64,000 nucleotides of DNA from the NCBI GenBank assembly GCA_964348825.1, contig CAYGDX010000004.1:517-64516 (forward strand), written 5' to 3'. The stretch is from an uncultured Gammaproteobacteria bacterium. GTDB taxonomy: Bacteria; Patescibacteriota; Patescibacteriia; Veblenbacterales; UBA10138. Position numbers and translations under genes: made by a program. Shown here piece by piece: positions 1 through 10,710 of the stretch (position 1 is the stretch's first letter; each line of letters starts with the position of its first letter). The notes beneath the pieces are model-generated. The model was not told the origin of the DNA. It made no database searches and saw only the letters and a program-made list of their open reading frames with translations.

Positions 1-860
<860 letters not shown>

Positions 861-967
861 GCAAGAACGAGTAAATTGATATTTCAATATTTTGAAATAT
901 TTAAACTCTAGTCATTAAAATTATTTGCATGCTTGATTATAAAAAAGAAGGAGTGCAGTTAGCACTT

Positions 968-1036
968 ATGATTTTAGTAATTACTGGTTTGATTTCTTTA
1001 GTTTTTTATTATACTGAACCAGTTATTGCTAAATAG
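968..1036 (+). CDS. Micro-ORF (22 aa, MILVITGLISLVFYYTEPVIAK) in the 23S-5S spacer with an AAGGAG Shine-Dalgarno 8 nt upstream; hypothetical hydrophobic peptide
   Basis: Seen in sequence: aaggag-N8-ATG, then 22 hydrophobic codons, then TAG. It lies within an rRNA operon spacer, so may be spurious. Confidence 0.2.
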   Translation: MILVITGLISLVFYYTEPVIAK

Positions 1037-1054
1037 AATTTTAACAAATTGGGG

Positions 1055-1186
1055 TTCAAAACCCTCGTGCTCTAAGCGATGTGGCCACACCTCTTCCCAT
1101 CCCGAACAGAGCCGTTAAGCGCATTTGCGCCGATGATACTCGGACATTAGTCCGCGGAAAAGTAGGCTAGCGCGAGGGTTTTGAAT
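1055..1186 (+). rRNA. rrf: 5S rRNA
   Basis: Helix-1 pairing TTCAAAACCCTCG / CGAGGGTTTTGAA. Conserved CCCATCCCGAACAGAGCCGTTAAGCGC...GCGCCGATGATACTCGG loop-E region. Confidence 0.85.
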
Positions 1187-1403
1187 CGCAAATCAAAAAT
1201 CTGTCAAATATTAATTTGACAGATTTTTTGTTTAATATACTATTAAATTAGGGGTGTTGATAAGTTTTGTAGAAAAAGTTCGGACACGTATTCGCTTAGA
1301 TAAAAGTTGTTTGTTAACAACTACTTAAAATAACAGTCAATCAGTATAATCTTAAAATAAATAATGCTACAGCGTGCACAGCACTTAGATTAAGGAAAAT
1401 TTT

Positions 1404-2150
1404 ATGGACAAAGTGTCATCGGTTTTATCAAAATTTGGCCTATCAGATAAAGAAATTGAAGTTTATTTAACACTTCTTTCTTTGGGTCCGGCACCAGTAC
1501 GAAAAATTGCAACTGTTTCAGGTGTGAATCGTGGCACAACTTATGACATTTTAAAAAGTTTACAAAGTGCGGGCTTAGTTAGTTATTATCATAAAGCCAA
1601 GCATCAATATTTTGTGGCTGAAGATCCTAAAAAATTACTTGATGCTTTCCGCGCACGACTAGATAAATTTGAGGCCTTAAAAAAAGAAATTACTGAAGTG
1701 TTGCCCGAGTTAAGGTTGCTACATACTACTGTAGAGGATCGACCAGTAGTAACTTATTATGATGGCGCGGTGGGTGTGCGTTTGATTTTACAAGATGTTT
1801 TAGATCAAGTAGAGTTAGAAGATATTAAAGAGTATTATGTTTATTCTTCGGCGACTATTCGACAATATTTATACGCCGCGTACCCAGATTTTTCGGAAAG
1901 TAGAGTGGCAAAAAAAATAAATGTAAAAGTAATTGCACTAGGTCGTGGTGGTGAATTGGTTGGATTAGATGAGAGAAAATGGTTGTCGGATAAACAAAGC
2001 GCGCCAACTTATACTTTAATTTATGCAGGCCGTGTGGCTATGATTTCTACCAATAAAGAGGGTATGCCAGTGGGTGTAATTATTCAAAATCGTGGGCTTT
2101 ACGAAACGCAGAAAATAATTTTTACCAATTTATGGAAATTAATTGATTAA
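1404..2150 (+). CDS. TrmB-family winged-helix transcriptional regulator
   Basis: N-terminal HTH LGLSDKEIEVYLTLLSLGPAPVRKIATVSGVNRGTTYDILKSLQSAGLV is typical of the TrmB N-terminal domain. Confidence 0.55.
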   Translation: MDKVSSVLSKFGLSDKEIEVYLTLLSLGPAPVRKIATVSGVNRGTTYDILKSLQSAGLVSYYHKAKHQYFVAEDPKKLLDAFRARLDKFEALKKEITEVLPELRLLHTTVEDRPVVTYYDGAVGVRLILQDVLDQVELEDIKEYYVYSSATIRQYLYAAYPDFSESRVAKKINVKVIALGRGGELVGLDERKWLSDKQSAPTYTLIYAGRVAMISTNKEGMPVGVIIQNRGLYETQKIIFTNLWKLID

Positions 2151-2154
2151 TTTT

Positions 2155-3993
2155 ATGTGTGGAATTGTTGGTTACATTGGGAAAAGATCAGCCGCTTCAA
2201 TTTTGTTTGACGGTTTGAAGCGCTTAGAGTATCGCGGTTATGATTCGGCTGGTTTAGCCGTAGGTAGTGCTAATAAAATTCAGCGCGTACGCGTGCAAGG
2301 TAGAGTTGATGGTTTAACTAATGAAATGAATATTAAACCACTCTTAGGTAATTATGGTATTGCGCATACTCGTTGGGCGACACATGGCGTGCCATCGGTT
2401 GCTAATGCTCATCCACAATCCGATCAAACCGAAGATGTGTTTGTAGCGCACAATGGTATATTTGAAAATTATCAATCACTTAAAAATGATTTAATAGCCG
2501 AAGGATATAAATTTACTTCTGAAACCGATACGGAAGTAATTGCACATTTAATAAAAAAATTTTTGAAGCAAGGACTTGGTTTAGAAATGTCGGTTAAACA
2601 ATCTTTGCGTTTAATTAAAGGCGCTTATGCAATTTTAGTAGTGGCCCAGTCGGAACCAAATAAAATTATTGCCGCTAAGTATAGTAGTCCACTTCGCTTA
2701 GGAGTAGGTGAAGATGAATTTATTATTGCTTCTGATGCTTCGGCGATTGTGAATCATACTAAACAAGTAGTGTCATTATCAGATGGTGAGATGGTAGTAG
2801 TAACACCCGATAACTATATTATTTCTGAAATAAATAGTGGTGTGGTTTTGGGACGTGAACCCGAACCATTGCTGTGGGATACAACAGAATCAGATAAGGG
2901 CGAGTATGAGCACTATATGCTTAAGGAAATTTTTGAACAACCCGAAGCAATCAAAAATACTTTGCGTGGCCGTTTATTGGTTGATGAAGGTCGGGCGATT
3001 TTAGGTGGTTTACGTTTAGTGGAAGAGCGTTTGCGCACTATAAAAAAAATACATATTGTAGCTTGTGGCACAGCTTATCATGCGGGCCTGGTTGGCGAGT
3101 ATATGTTGGAAGAGTATGCCGGGTTAGCTTGTGAGGTTTGTGTGGCTTCAGAATTTAGATATCGTAAAGCAGTTTTAGATCCGGCAAATGAGGCAGTTTT
3201 AATACTTAGTCAATCTGGCGAAACAGCTGATAGTTTGGCCGCGATTCGTGAGGCCAAAGAAAAAGGGGTACTTACTTTGGGAATTGTAAATGTGGTGGGT
3301 AGTAGTATAGCCAGCGAAACTGAAGCTGGAGTTTATAATCATGTGGGGCCTGAAACAGCCGTGGCTTCAACCAAAGCTTTTGTATCTCAATTGGTAGTAC
3401 TGGCACTACTCACTTTATTTTTAGGTAGAAAGCGCACAATGTCGCTCGTAATGGGCAAAAGAATTGCCGAAGAGCTTCGCTTACTGCCGTTTAAGTTAGA
3501 GAAAATTTTATCACAAAGTGCCGAGATTAGTAAATTAGCTGAACAATTATTTAAATTTAATAATTTCTATTATTTGGGGCGAAAATATAATTTTCCAATT
3601 GCGCTGGAAGGGGCGCTGAAGCTCAAAGAAATTTCTTACTGCCACGCCGAAGCCACTCCGGCTGGTGAATTAAAACACGGCGCGCTAGCTATAATTGATA
3701 ATAATTTTCCAGTAGTTTATTTAATTCCGCAGGACAGTGTGTATGAGAAAAATTTAAGCAATTTAGCTGAACTTAAGGCAAGAAATGCTCGAGTGGTGGC
3801 AATCGCTACGGAAGGTGATACGCAAGTTGCGGGACTAGTTGATTCGGTTATTTACATTCCTAAAACTTTGGAAATGCTCACGCCAATTTTATCAGTCGCG
3901 CCTTTACAATTACTCGCCTATTTTATAGCTTTAAAATTAGGGCGTGATGTAGATAAGCCGCGCAATTTAGCTAAAAGTGTAACCGTTGAATAA
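2155..3993 (+). CDS. glmS: Glutamine--fructose-6-phosphate aminotransferase (isomerising)
   Basis: N-terminal nucleophile MCGIVGY (Cys2), followed by two SIS domains. The ORF-track start is 2143; the true start is most likely the ATG of MCGIVG at 2155. Confidence 0.9.
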   Translation: MCGIVGYIGKRSAASILFDGLKRLEYRGYDSAGLAVGSANKIQRVRVQGRVDGLTNEMNIKPLLGNYGIAHTRWATHGVPSVANAHPQSDQTEDVFVAHNGIFENYQSLKNDLIAEGYKFTSETDTEVIAHLIKKFLKQGLGLEMSVKQSLRLIKGAYAILVVAQSEPNKIIAAKYSSPLRLGVGEDEFIIASDASAIVNHTKQVVSLSDGEMVVVTPDNYIISEINSGVVLGREPEPLLWDTTESDKGEYEHYMLKEIFEQPEAIKNTLRGRLLVDEGRAILGGLRLVEERLRTIKKIHIVACGTAYHAGLVGEYMLEEYAGLACEVCVASEFRYRKAVLDPANEAVLILSQSGETADSLAAIREAKEKGVLTLGIVNVVGSSIASETEAGVYNHVGPETAVASTKAFVSQLVVLALLTLFLGRKRTMSLVMGKRIAEELRLLPFKLEKILSQSAEISKLAEQLFKFNNFYYLGRKYNFPIALEGALKLKEISYCHAEATPAGELKHGALAIIDNNFPVVYLIPQDSVYEKNLSNLAELKARNARVVAIATEGDTQVAGLVDSVIYIPKTLEMLTPILSVAPLQLLAYFIALKLGRDVDKPRNLAKSVTVE

Positions 3994-3998
3994 ATTAT

Positions 3999-4967
3999 AT
4001 GACTAAATTATATCCCATAACTTTAACTAAGAAACCTTCCGCTATATTTTGTGGTGGAACTACGCTTATTGAAGTTTTAAAAAGTGTATTTCCAAAAACA
4101 ACCAATGTTTTTGAAGAAACATTGGTGCCTAGTTTTAAATACGCTAAGGAATTTTCCAAGAATAAAAATTTTAAATGGCCTAAGTTTGAAAAACTGTCCG
4201 ATGTTATTTATTACAATGAAAAAATTTTGGCGGATAATTTAGATTTTTTAAAAAAAGGCAAAAAACAAATTAAACCACGGGTTTTTGTGGGAAAAAATGT
4301 AAAAATTGAGCCCAATGTTTGGTTTGACACTACGAAAGGTATTGTATTAATAAATGATGATACAACAATAAAATCGGGCGCTATTTTGCGCGGGCCAATT
4401 TATATTGGTAAAAAATGTGTGATCAATAGTTTCTCAGAAATAAAAGAGGAAACTTGTATTGGTGATGTTTGCAAAGTTGGTGGTGAGGTAGAGGCCACAA
4501 TTTTTCAAGGGTTTTCCAACAAACAACATGCTGGATTTTTAGGTCACAGTTATGTTGGTGAATGGGTAAATATTGGTGCTGGTACAAATGTATCAAATTT
4601 AAAAAATACTTATAGTTCAGTTAAAATGTTAGGCGAAGAAAGCGGTAGCATTTTTCTTGGCTCAGTGATTGGCGATTATTCTAAGGTAGCAGTCAATACT
4701 ACAATTTTTTGTGGCAAGGTAGTTGGTGTATGCTCGCATTTATATGGAATAGTTGCAAAAGATGTGCCAAGTTTTGTAAGTCACGTAGATTCTAAAAATT
4801 TATACGAGATGCCAGTAGAAATTGCCATAAAAATTCAGAAAACGATGGGCGCAAGGCGAAATGTAAAATTTACAGATAAAGATAGAAAAAGTTTTGAGGC
4901 ATTGTTTAAAAAGACACAGAAAGACAGAAAAAAAGTTGGTGTTAAAAAAGAAAAATTATCATTCTAA
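3999..4967 (+). CDS. Left-handed beta-helix (hexapeptide-repeat) acyl/acetyltransferase, GlmU C-terminal-like
   Basis: Tandem [LIV]-G-x-x-x-x hexapeptide repeats (GKKCVINSFSEIKEETCIGDVCKVGGEVEATIF...GEWVNIGAGTNVSNL). It sits immediately downstream of glmS. Confidence 0.5.
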   Translation: MTKLYPITLTKKPSAIFCGGTTLIEVLKSVFPKTTNVFEETLVPSFKYAKEFSKNKNFKWPKFEKLSDVIYYNEKILADNLDFLKKGKKQIKPRVFVGKNVKIEPNVWFDTTKGIVLINDDTTIKSGAILRGPIYIGKKCVINSFSEIKEETCIGDVCKVGGEVEATIFQGFSNKQHAGFLGHSYVGEWVNIGAGTNVSNLKNTYSSVKMLGEESGSIFLGSVIGDYSKVAVNTTIFCGKVVGVCSHLYGIVAKDVPSFVSHVDSKNLYEMPVEIAIKIQKTMGARRNVKFTDKDRKSFEALFKKTQKDRKKVGVKKEKLSF

Positions 4968-4981
4968 GTAAAAATATTTAT

Positions 4982-5473
4982 ATGCATTATTTAGCAATAG
5001 CAATTATTGATTCGGAAAATAGTTCCCTTAAAGAAAAGGTTGACCAAATTTTTGATGAAGCAGGATTGGTGATGAAACAAATGAATAAAAAGTGGAAAAA
5101 TGATTCATTTGATCAAATTCTTAACGATTATAAAAATCCACCTCGTGAAATACAATTAAATGGTGCTTTAGCAAAACATTTTGAAGAAAGATTGAAAAAA
5201 ATTTTAGATAAATTAATAGATAAAGAATTTGATAGTTATGTTATAAACGATATATTTTCAGTTGAAAAAATGTTGAAAAATTTTGAAAACAAATATTTTG
5301 ACAGATATCCTGAAGCAATTCTTACTCCAAATTGTGAATGGATTAAAGAAGGTTGGAGTACAAATAATAAAGAAGAAAAAAGATTATCTGAAGAATGGAA
5401 TACAAAATTCTTTGAAATATTAGATAAATATAAAGAAAAGGGAATAGTTATATTAATAAATTGTGATTCTTAA
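4982..5473 (+). CDS. Hypothetical protein (K/E-rich, 163 aa)
   Basis: Intact ORF in an operon-like arrangement; no recognisable motifs. Confidence 0.4.
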   Translation: MHYLAIAIIDSENSSLKEKVDQIFDEAGLVMKQMNKKWKNDSFDQILNDYKNPPREIQLNGALAKHFEERLKKILDKLIDKEFDSYVINDIFSVEKMLKNFENKYFDRYPEAILTPNCEWIKEGWSTNNKEEKRLSEEWNTKFFEILDKYKEKGIVILINCDS

Positions 5474-5476
5474 GAA

Positions 5477-6436
5477 ATGATTAATATTATGCCAAACAAA
5501 ATTTTAGTAATTGGCGCTTGTGGTATGGTTGGGGTAGCTCTAACTTTAGAACTTCGTCAAAAATTTGGTGGGGCCAATGTTTGGGCGTCTGATGTTAGAG
5601 AAGAAAATGAATCATTAAAAAATACTGGTCCTTACGTGAATTTGGATGTGCTTAATATTGATAGTATAAAAATATTAGTGAAAAAGGAAAAAATAAATAC
5701 TATATATTTATTGGCTGGACTAATGTCGGCTGGTGGAGAGAAAAATCCTAAATTATGTTGGGATTTAAATATTGGCGGGTTAAGACAAATTTTAGATTTA
5801 TGTGTTGATGAAAAAATTAAAATATTTTGGCCCAGTTCAATTGCAGTATTCGGTCCAACTACACCAAAGAAAAATACACCCCAAAATACCATTATTGAAC
5901 CAACCACTATGTATGGTATTACTAAATATACAGGCGAGCTTTTGTGTCACTATTACCATAATCGTTATGGCTTAGATGTTAGAAGTTTAAGATACCCAGG
6001 GCTTATTAGTTGGCAAAGCGAACCCGGGCCTGGTACTACTGAATATGCCGTAGATATATTTTATGGTGCCATAAAAGAAGGTAAATACACAGCACCACTT
6101 GAAGCGGGAACTTATTTGCCAATGATGTATATGTCTGACGCAATTCGTGCTACGATTGAAATTATGGCGGCATCGAGTGAAAAAATAAAAAATCGTATGT
6201 CATATAATTTATCGGCGATTAGTTTTTCTCCACAAGATATTGCCGATGAGATTAAAAAACATCTACCAACTTTTGAAATTACTTATCAACCTGATTATCG
6301 TCAAGCAATTGCTGATTCTTGGCCACAAAGTATTGATGACTCTTCGGCTCGAGAGGATTGGGGTTGGCAACATCAGTATGGTTTAGCTGAAATGACAACT
6401 GATATGTTAAAAAATTTAAAGGATAAGTTGAAATAA
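5477..6436 (+). CDS. tdh: NAD-dependent epimerase/dehydratase-fold L-threonine 3-dehydrogenase (UDP-glucose-4-epimerase-like TDH)
   Basis: Rossmann motif ILVIGACGMVG plus the SDR-extended fold. It is immediately followed by kbl. The alternative start is the ATG at 5489 (MPNKILVIG). Confidence 0.65.
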   Translation: MINIMPNKILVIGACGMVGVALTLELRQKFGGANVWASDVREENESLKNTGPYVNLDVLNIDSIKILVKKEKINTIYLLAGLMSAGGEKNPKLCWDLNIGGLRQILDLCVDEKIKIFWPSSIAVFGPTTPKKNTPQNTIIEPTTMYGITKYTGELLCHYYHNRYGLDVRSLRYPGLISWQSEPGPGTTEYAVDIFYGAIKEGKYTAPLEAGTYLPMMYMSDAIRATIEIMAASSEKIKNRMSYNLSAISFSPQDIADEIKKHLPTFEITYQPDYRQAIADSWPQSIDDSSAREDWGWQHQYGLAEMTTDMLKNLKDKLK

Positions 6437-6437
6437 T

Positions 6438-7694
6438 ATGTATTCTGAAAAATTAGAGCAAAATATAACTAAGGAATTATTGGCGCTTCAAGATAGCGGT
6501 AAGTTTAAGGTGGAAAGAGAGCTTGAAGGTGCGCAGGGGCCGGAAGTACAAATTAATGGCCTGCCTTCACATGGTTTCGGCAAGGCAAGCAAAAAAGTTT
6601 TAATGTTTGCTTCTAATAATTATTTGGGGCTAGCTAATAACTCCGAAATTATTGATAGTGTAAAAGTTGCGTTAGATGAATATGGTTTTGGCTTGTCATC
6701 GGTTCGCTTTATTTCCGGTACACAAAAAATACATAAAGAGTTAGAGCAGAAATTAGCTGAATTTTTGGGAGTGGAAGATGCTATTTTGTATTCCACAAAT
6801 TTTATGGCGAATTTGGGTTTTTTTGCCTCTCTTGCCAATGAAGGATTTGGCGAAGAGTCGCACCTGGATGTTATTTATAGTGATGAATTGAATCATGCCA
6901 GCATTATAGATGCTTTTAAATTGTGTAAAAAAGAAAATGTGGTAAAACGTGTTTACCCGCACAATGATTTAGTGGCTTTAGAAAAAATGCTGGAGGAAGA
7001 TGTGAAAAATTCACCAAGTGGCGGATATCGCTTTAAAATAATAGTAACTGATGGTGTTTTCTCAATGGAAGGTTATTTAGCAAATTTGCCGGAGATTTTA
7101 AAATTAGCAGAAAAATACCAAGCTCTACTTTTTGTGGATGATGCGCATGCAGTTGGGGTAATTGGCAAAACTGGTGCAGGTACGCCGGAATATTTTGGTT
7201 TGCATGGAAAAGTAGATATACTCTCGGGTACTTTTGGTAAAGCACTGGGTGGCGCGGTTGGAGGGTATATTGCGGGCAAAAAATATATTATAGAGTATCT
7301 ACGGCAAAAATCTCGCACTTATACTTTTTCAAATTCTTTGCCACCAATGGTTACGGTAGCTGGTATAATGGCATTGGATTTGTTAAAAGCTCAACCGGAG
7401 TTACTCTCTAAAATTTCAGAGAACACAAATTATTTTAGAACTGAAGTAAAAAAATTAGGTTTTAAAATATTAGAAGGTAATCATCCAATAGTGCCAGTGA
7501 TACTAGGCGACGCCAAACTTACCCAAGAAGTTAGTCAAAAATTATTAGATAAGGGAATTTATGTGGTGGGATTATGGTTTCCGGTAGTGCCAGAAGGTGA
7601 GGCGCGACTACGCTTTCAAATTTCCGCGGCGCATACTAAGGAACATTTAGATATGGCGCTAAGTGCTTTGCGTGAGGTGGCTCAGGAAATATAA
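6438..7694 (+). CDS. kbl: 2-amino-3-ketobutyrate CoA ligase (glycine C-acetyltransferase), PLP-dependent
   Basis: Class I/II aminotransferase fold. PLP-lysine region GTFGKALGGAVGGYIAG. Paired with tdh. Confidence 0.8.
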   Translation: MYSEKLEQNITKELLALQDSGKFKVERELEGAQGPEVQINGLPSHGFGKASKKVLMFASNNYLGLANNSEIIDSVKVALDEYGFGLSSVRFISGTQKIHKELEQKLAEFLGVEDAILYSTNFMANLGFFASLANEGFGEESHLDVIYSDELNHASIIDAFKLCKKENVVKRVYPHNDLVALEKMLEEDVKNSPSGGYRFKIIVTDGVFSMEGYLANLPEILKLAEKYQALLFVDDAHAVGVIGKTGAGTPEYFGLHGKVDILSGTFGKALGGAVGGYIAGKKYIIEYLRQKSRTYTFSNSLPPMVTVAGIMALDLLKAQPELLSKISENTNYFRTEVKKLGFKILEGNHPIVPVILGDAKLTQEVSQKLLDKGIYVVGLWFPVVPEGEARLRFQISAAHTKEHLDMALSALREVAQEI

Positions 7695-7699
7695 ATTAT

Positions 7700-9019
7700 A
7701 TGCGTAATTTTGCTGACCTTCATATTCATTCGCGATTTGCGCGGGCTTGTTCACCACAGCTCACTCCAGACAATATTGATCTGTGGTGCCGGATTAAAGG
7801 TTTGCAAATTGTGGCGACTGGTGATTTTACACATCCTAAATGGTTTAGTGAGCTAGAGCAAAAGTTGGAAGCTATTGGTAATGGTTTATATCGATTAAAA
7901 TCTGAATTTAGAATTAATGATCCGCGTTTTACGCCAGTAAGCCAAATCGCACCACAATTTATTTGCGGTACTGAGGTAGCTTGTATTTATAAACATGCGG
8001 GGAAAGTTAGGCGCGTGCATCATTGTATTTACGCGCCAAGTTTGGAAGTTGTGGCTAAAATAAATCAGGAGTTTGAGCGCAGGGGTAAAAATTTAAAAGC
8101 CGATGGTCGGCCGATATTAGGGTTATCATCACAAGAATTACTGCAAATAATTTTGGAGATTGATGAGCGTAATTTTTTAATTCCAGCGCACATTTGGACA
8201 CCGTGGTTTGCAATTTTTGGTTCCAAATCGGGCTACAATTCAGTGGAGGAATGTTTTTGTGATTTATCTAAATATATTTTTGCTTTAGAAACTGGTTTAT
8301 CATCTGATCCCACTATGAACTGGCGCGTGTCGGCTTTGGATAACTATGCCTTAGTTTCTCATTCTGATGCTCATTCTTTGCCTAACCTTGGCCGCGAAGC
8401 CGATATTTTTGAGGGTCAGGAATTATCCTTTGATTTAATTAAGCAGGCCTTGCAAAATGGTAATCCACAGGCTAGGGGTGCAGGTGCTGACAAAAATTTA
8501 TCTCTTAGGCTAGCAGGAACGGTGGAATTTTTTCCAGCCGAAGGAAGGTATCATTTTGATGGGCACCGTGATTGTAAAATTAAAATGTCGCCTAAGGAAT
8601 CAGCTAAGCATAAAAATATTTGCCCTAAGTGTGGCCGCGCTTTAACCATTGGCGTTTTAAATCGAGCAGAGGAATTAGCTGATCGACCAGTAAATTACCA
8701 ACCAAGTGGTGCGTTACCATTTACTAGTTTAATTGAGCTTGATAAATTGATTGCAGAAAGTTTAGGTGTAAAAGGACGTACGAATAAAGCGGTAGTTAAA
8801 GAATACTGGCAATTAGTGTCGCTGGGTGGCAGTGAAATAAATGTTTTAATGAATTTAGATTATGAAAAATTGGCTAATATTAGCCTAGAAAATGTAGTAG
8901 AGAGTATTCGCCGTTTGCGCGAAAGTAAGGTTATAATTGAACCAGGTTATGATGGTGAGTATGGTAAGGTAAAACTTTTTTCAGATGAAGAAAAACTTGA
9001 ACAAAAAAGTTTACTCTAA
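7700..9019 (+). CDS. PHP-domain protein with C4 zinc ribbon, EndoQ-like (TIGR00375-type)
   Basis: N-terminal DLHIHSRFARACS PHP metal-binding motif. C-terminal CPKCGRAL zinc ribbon. Confidence 0.45.
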   Translation: MRNFADLHIHSRFARACSPQLTPDNIDLWCRIKGLQIVATGDFTHPKWFSELEQKLEAIGNGLYRLKSEFRINDPRFTPVSQIAPQFICGTEVACIYKHAGKVRRVHHCIYAPSLEVVAKINQEFERRGKNLKADGRPILGLSSQELLQIILEIDERNFLIPAHIWTPWFAIFGSKSGYNSVEECFCDLSKYIFALETGLSSDPTMNWRVSALDNYALVSHSDAHSLPNLGREADIFEGQELSFDLIKQALQNGNPQARGAGADKNLSLRLAGTVEFFPAEGRYHFDGHRDCKIKMSPKESAKHKNICPKCGRALTIGVLNRAEELADRPVNYQPSGALPFTSLIELDKLIAESLGVKGRTNKAVVKEYWQLVSLGGSEINVLMNLDYEKLANISLENVVESIRRLRESKVIIEPGYDGEYGKVKLFSDEEKLEQKSLL

Positions 9020-9055
9020 TAAATAATTAATGGTAAGTGGTAATTTATTATTACA

Positions 9056-9098
9056 AAAAACACCCTTCGACAAGCTCAGGGTGTTTTTTAAGTAGTAT
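9056..9098. terminator. Bidirectional rho-independent terminator hairpin (AAAAACACCC-loop-GGGTGTTTTTT)
   Basis: Perfect 7-8 bp GC-containing stem flanked by A-run and T-run. Lies between convergent ORFs. Confidence 0.7.
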
Positions 9099-9110
9099 AA
9101 AGACAAAATA

Positions 9111-9179
9111 TTAGATGCGCTTCTTGCCACCTTTTTTTGCCTTCTTGGCTTTCTTTGCCACTTTTTTCTTAGCTGCCAT
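9111..9179 (-). CDS. Micro-ORF encoding a 22-aa lysine-rich peptide (MAAKKKVAKKAKKAKKGGKKRI) with a strong AGGAGG Shine-Dalgarno
   Basis: Seen in sequence: AGGAGGTGAGACAC-ATG on the minus strand, followed by the terminator. Basic r-protein-like composition. Confidence 0.35.
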   Translation of the reverse strand: MAAKKKVAKKAKKAKKGGKKRI

Positions 9180-9399
9180 GTGTCTCACCTCCTATCTATT
9201 ATATAAGACACATTCGTGAACTTAATAAATATTTTATTGTAGTTCACCAATGCACGCGCTAGCGCGTTAGATGTATTTATTATATAACAATTAATTGTAA
9301 ACCACAAGCCTGTGGAAAACTTTTTTGGGAAAAATTAAATTATTTTTTAGTTACAATGTAAAATATAAATTTAATTTATATTTTACATTGAAAAATTTT

Positions 9400-10179
9400 T
9401 TAATCCACAAAGAACATAGCGTTTGGTTTAATATGTACTCCGTGTAAATTATTTTTTTGATTTAAATAGTTGGTATAAGGAAAGTCATCTACCACTAAAG
9501 TTGTAAAATCAGTAATTTGTTGTTTGATATTTTCTAAAGTTCTAACTTTTTCGATCGATCCAATATCCGACATTGTCTGGTAGTCATCTTCTGTAAGTTC
9601 TGACTTTAAAATACCATTTTCTTTGGTGGCCAGTGCTTTAAGTTCTTTCACAGTATTATTATATGATTGGTAATCTTTGGTGGTGTAGAGGTAATTTAGA
9701 TTAAGGTATGTTTTAATTATTGCCAAATCCTTGGGATCGTTAAGTTGTTCGTTTAACACGCCCCTTGAAGTAAGTAGACCAGTTTCAATTTTACCTATAG
9801 CCTTGTATGGTTCGAGTAATTCTAAAATTTTAATAAAAGCAGGCCTGATTATAGTATGGGTTTGTTCAGATCTATCTTCATAGTGTCCGGCAACAGCTTC
9901 ATCAATATCTACCAACATTAGAACCTTGGCATTTTTATCTAAAAGTTCCTTTAATTTTGGTAGTAATAATTTAACAAATTCCTTTTCCGCATTTATTTTT
10001 TTATCTAAATTATCTTGTCGTTTATCTTCTGGATAACTAGCCGCTGAGAATAAATTAAAATAAGGTTGCATTTTAGCAACCAACTCCGCCTTAATAGAGG
10101 GTTCATTGATATTCCAAAAAAATTCCCAGTTGAATGTTTCTGGGTTAGGAGTTCTAGAGTCAAAGTGTTTATTGTCCAT
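9400..10179 (-). CDS. Hypothetical protein (259 aa)
   Basis: Intact ORF; no recognisable motif. Confidence 0.4.
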   Translation of the reverse strand: MDNKHFDSRTPNPETFNWEFFWNINEPSIKAELVAKMQPYFNLFSAASYPEDKRQDNLDKKINAEKEFVKLLLPKLKELLDKNAKVLMLVDIDEAVAGHYEDRSEQTHTIIRPAFIKILELLEPYKAIGKIETGLLTSRGVLNEQLNDPKDLAIIKTYLNLNYLYTTKDYQSYNNTVKELKALATKENGILKSELTEDDYQTMSDIGSIEKVRTLENIKQQITDFTTLVVDDFPYTNYLNQKNNLHGVHIKPNAMFFVD

Positions 10180-10259
10180 AGAATAAGTTTAAGCCTTATA
10201 ATAATAGCTTATTAGTTTGTATTTAACAAAAAACCCTCCTATTGAGGAGAGTCTAATAG

Positions 10260-10335
10260 TGGTGGACCCTACCGGGCTCGAACCGGTCACCTCTGCCTTG
10301 CAAAGGCAGCGCTCTACCAAATGAGCTAAGGGCCC
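10260..10335 (-). tRNA. tRNA-Ala (anticodon UGC), CCA encoded
   Basis: Reverse complement reads GGGCCCTTAGCTCATTTGGTAGAGCGCTGCCTTTGCAAGGCAGAGGTCACCGGTTCGAGCCCGGTAGGGTCCACCA. It has the G3:U70 Ala identity pair and a UGC anticodon. Confidence 0.85.
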
Positions 10336-10404
10336 CTGAAGTACTCACTTTTGTTCGACTTCAGGGCAAGCCCTAAAATCTGAATATTAAGTAATCTATT
10401 TAAA

Positions 10405-10710
10405 TTATCCACCAAAAAATGGTGAAAGTTTGTTAAATAAAAACGGTTGGAGTAAGTTAGTCATTACTGAATAGCCAATTACGATAATTATAATACCTAG
10501 GAGTTTATAAAAAATTCTGGTACCACCCTCAGTGCCTAAATGTTTTTCCGCCCAATAAACAGAACCAAAATTAATCACAATCCATTCAGTTTTCCAGACC
10601 AATAAAAATCCGGCAATAACTATAACTAATCCGAGGATGATGTTGGACATAACATTTAAAATACAAAATTCTAAATCCGAAATCCTAATGTAAATTGTTG
10701 GCTGTGCCAT
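10405..10710 (-). CDS. Small hypothetical membrane protein (2-3 TM)
   Basis: Hydrophobic segments throughout. Confidence 0.35.
   Translation of the reverse strand: MAQPTIYIRISDLEFCILNVMSNIILGLVIVIAGFLLVWKTEWIVINFGSVYWAEKHLGTEGGTRIFYKLLGIIIIVIGYSVMTNLLQPFLFNKLSPFFGG

Noticed and set aside
5632-7318. Short antisense ORFs inside tdh and kbl (5632-5907, 6620-6838, 6753-6962, 7033-7245, 7073-7318) and similar antisense ORFs inside other long genes
   Set aside because: They are fully embedded antisense to well-supported genes, with no motifs and no RBS. Typical spurious frames in AT-rich DNA.
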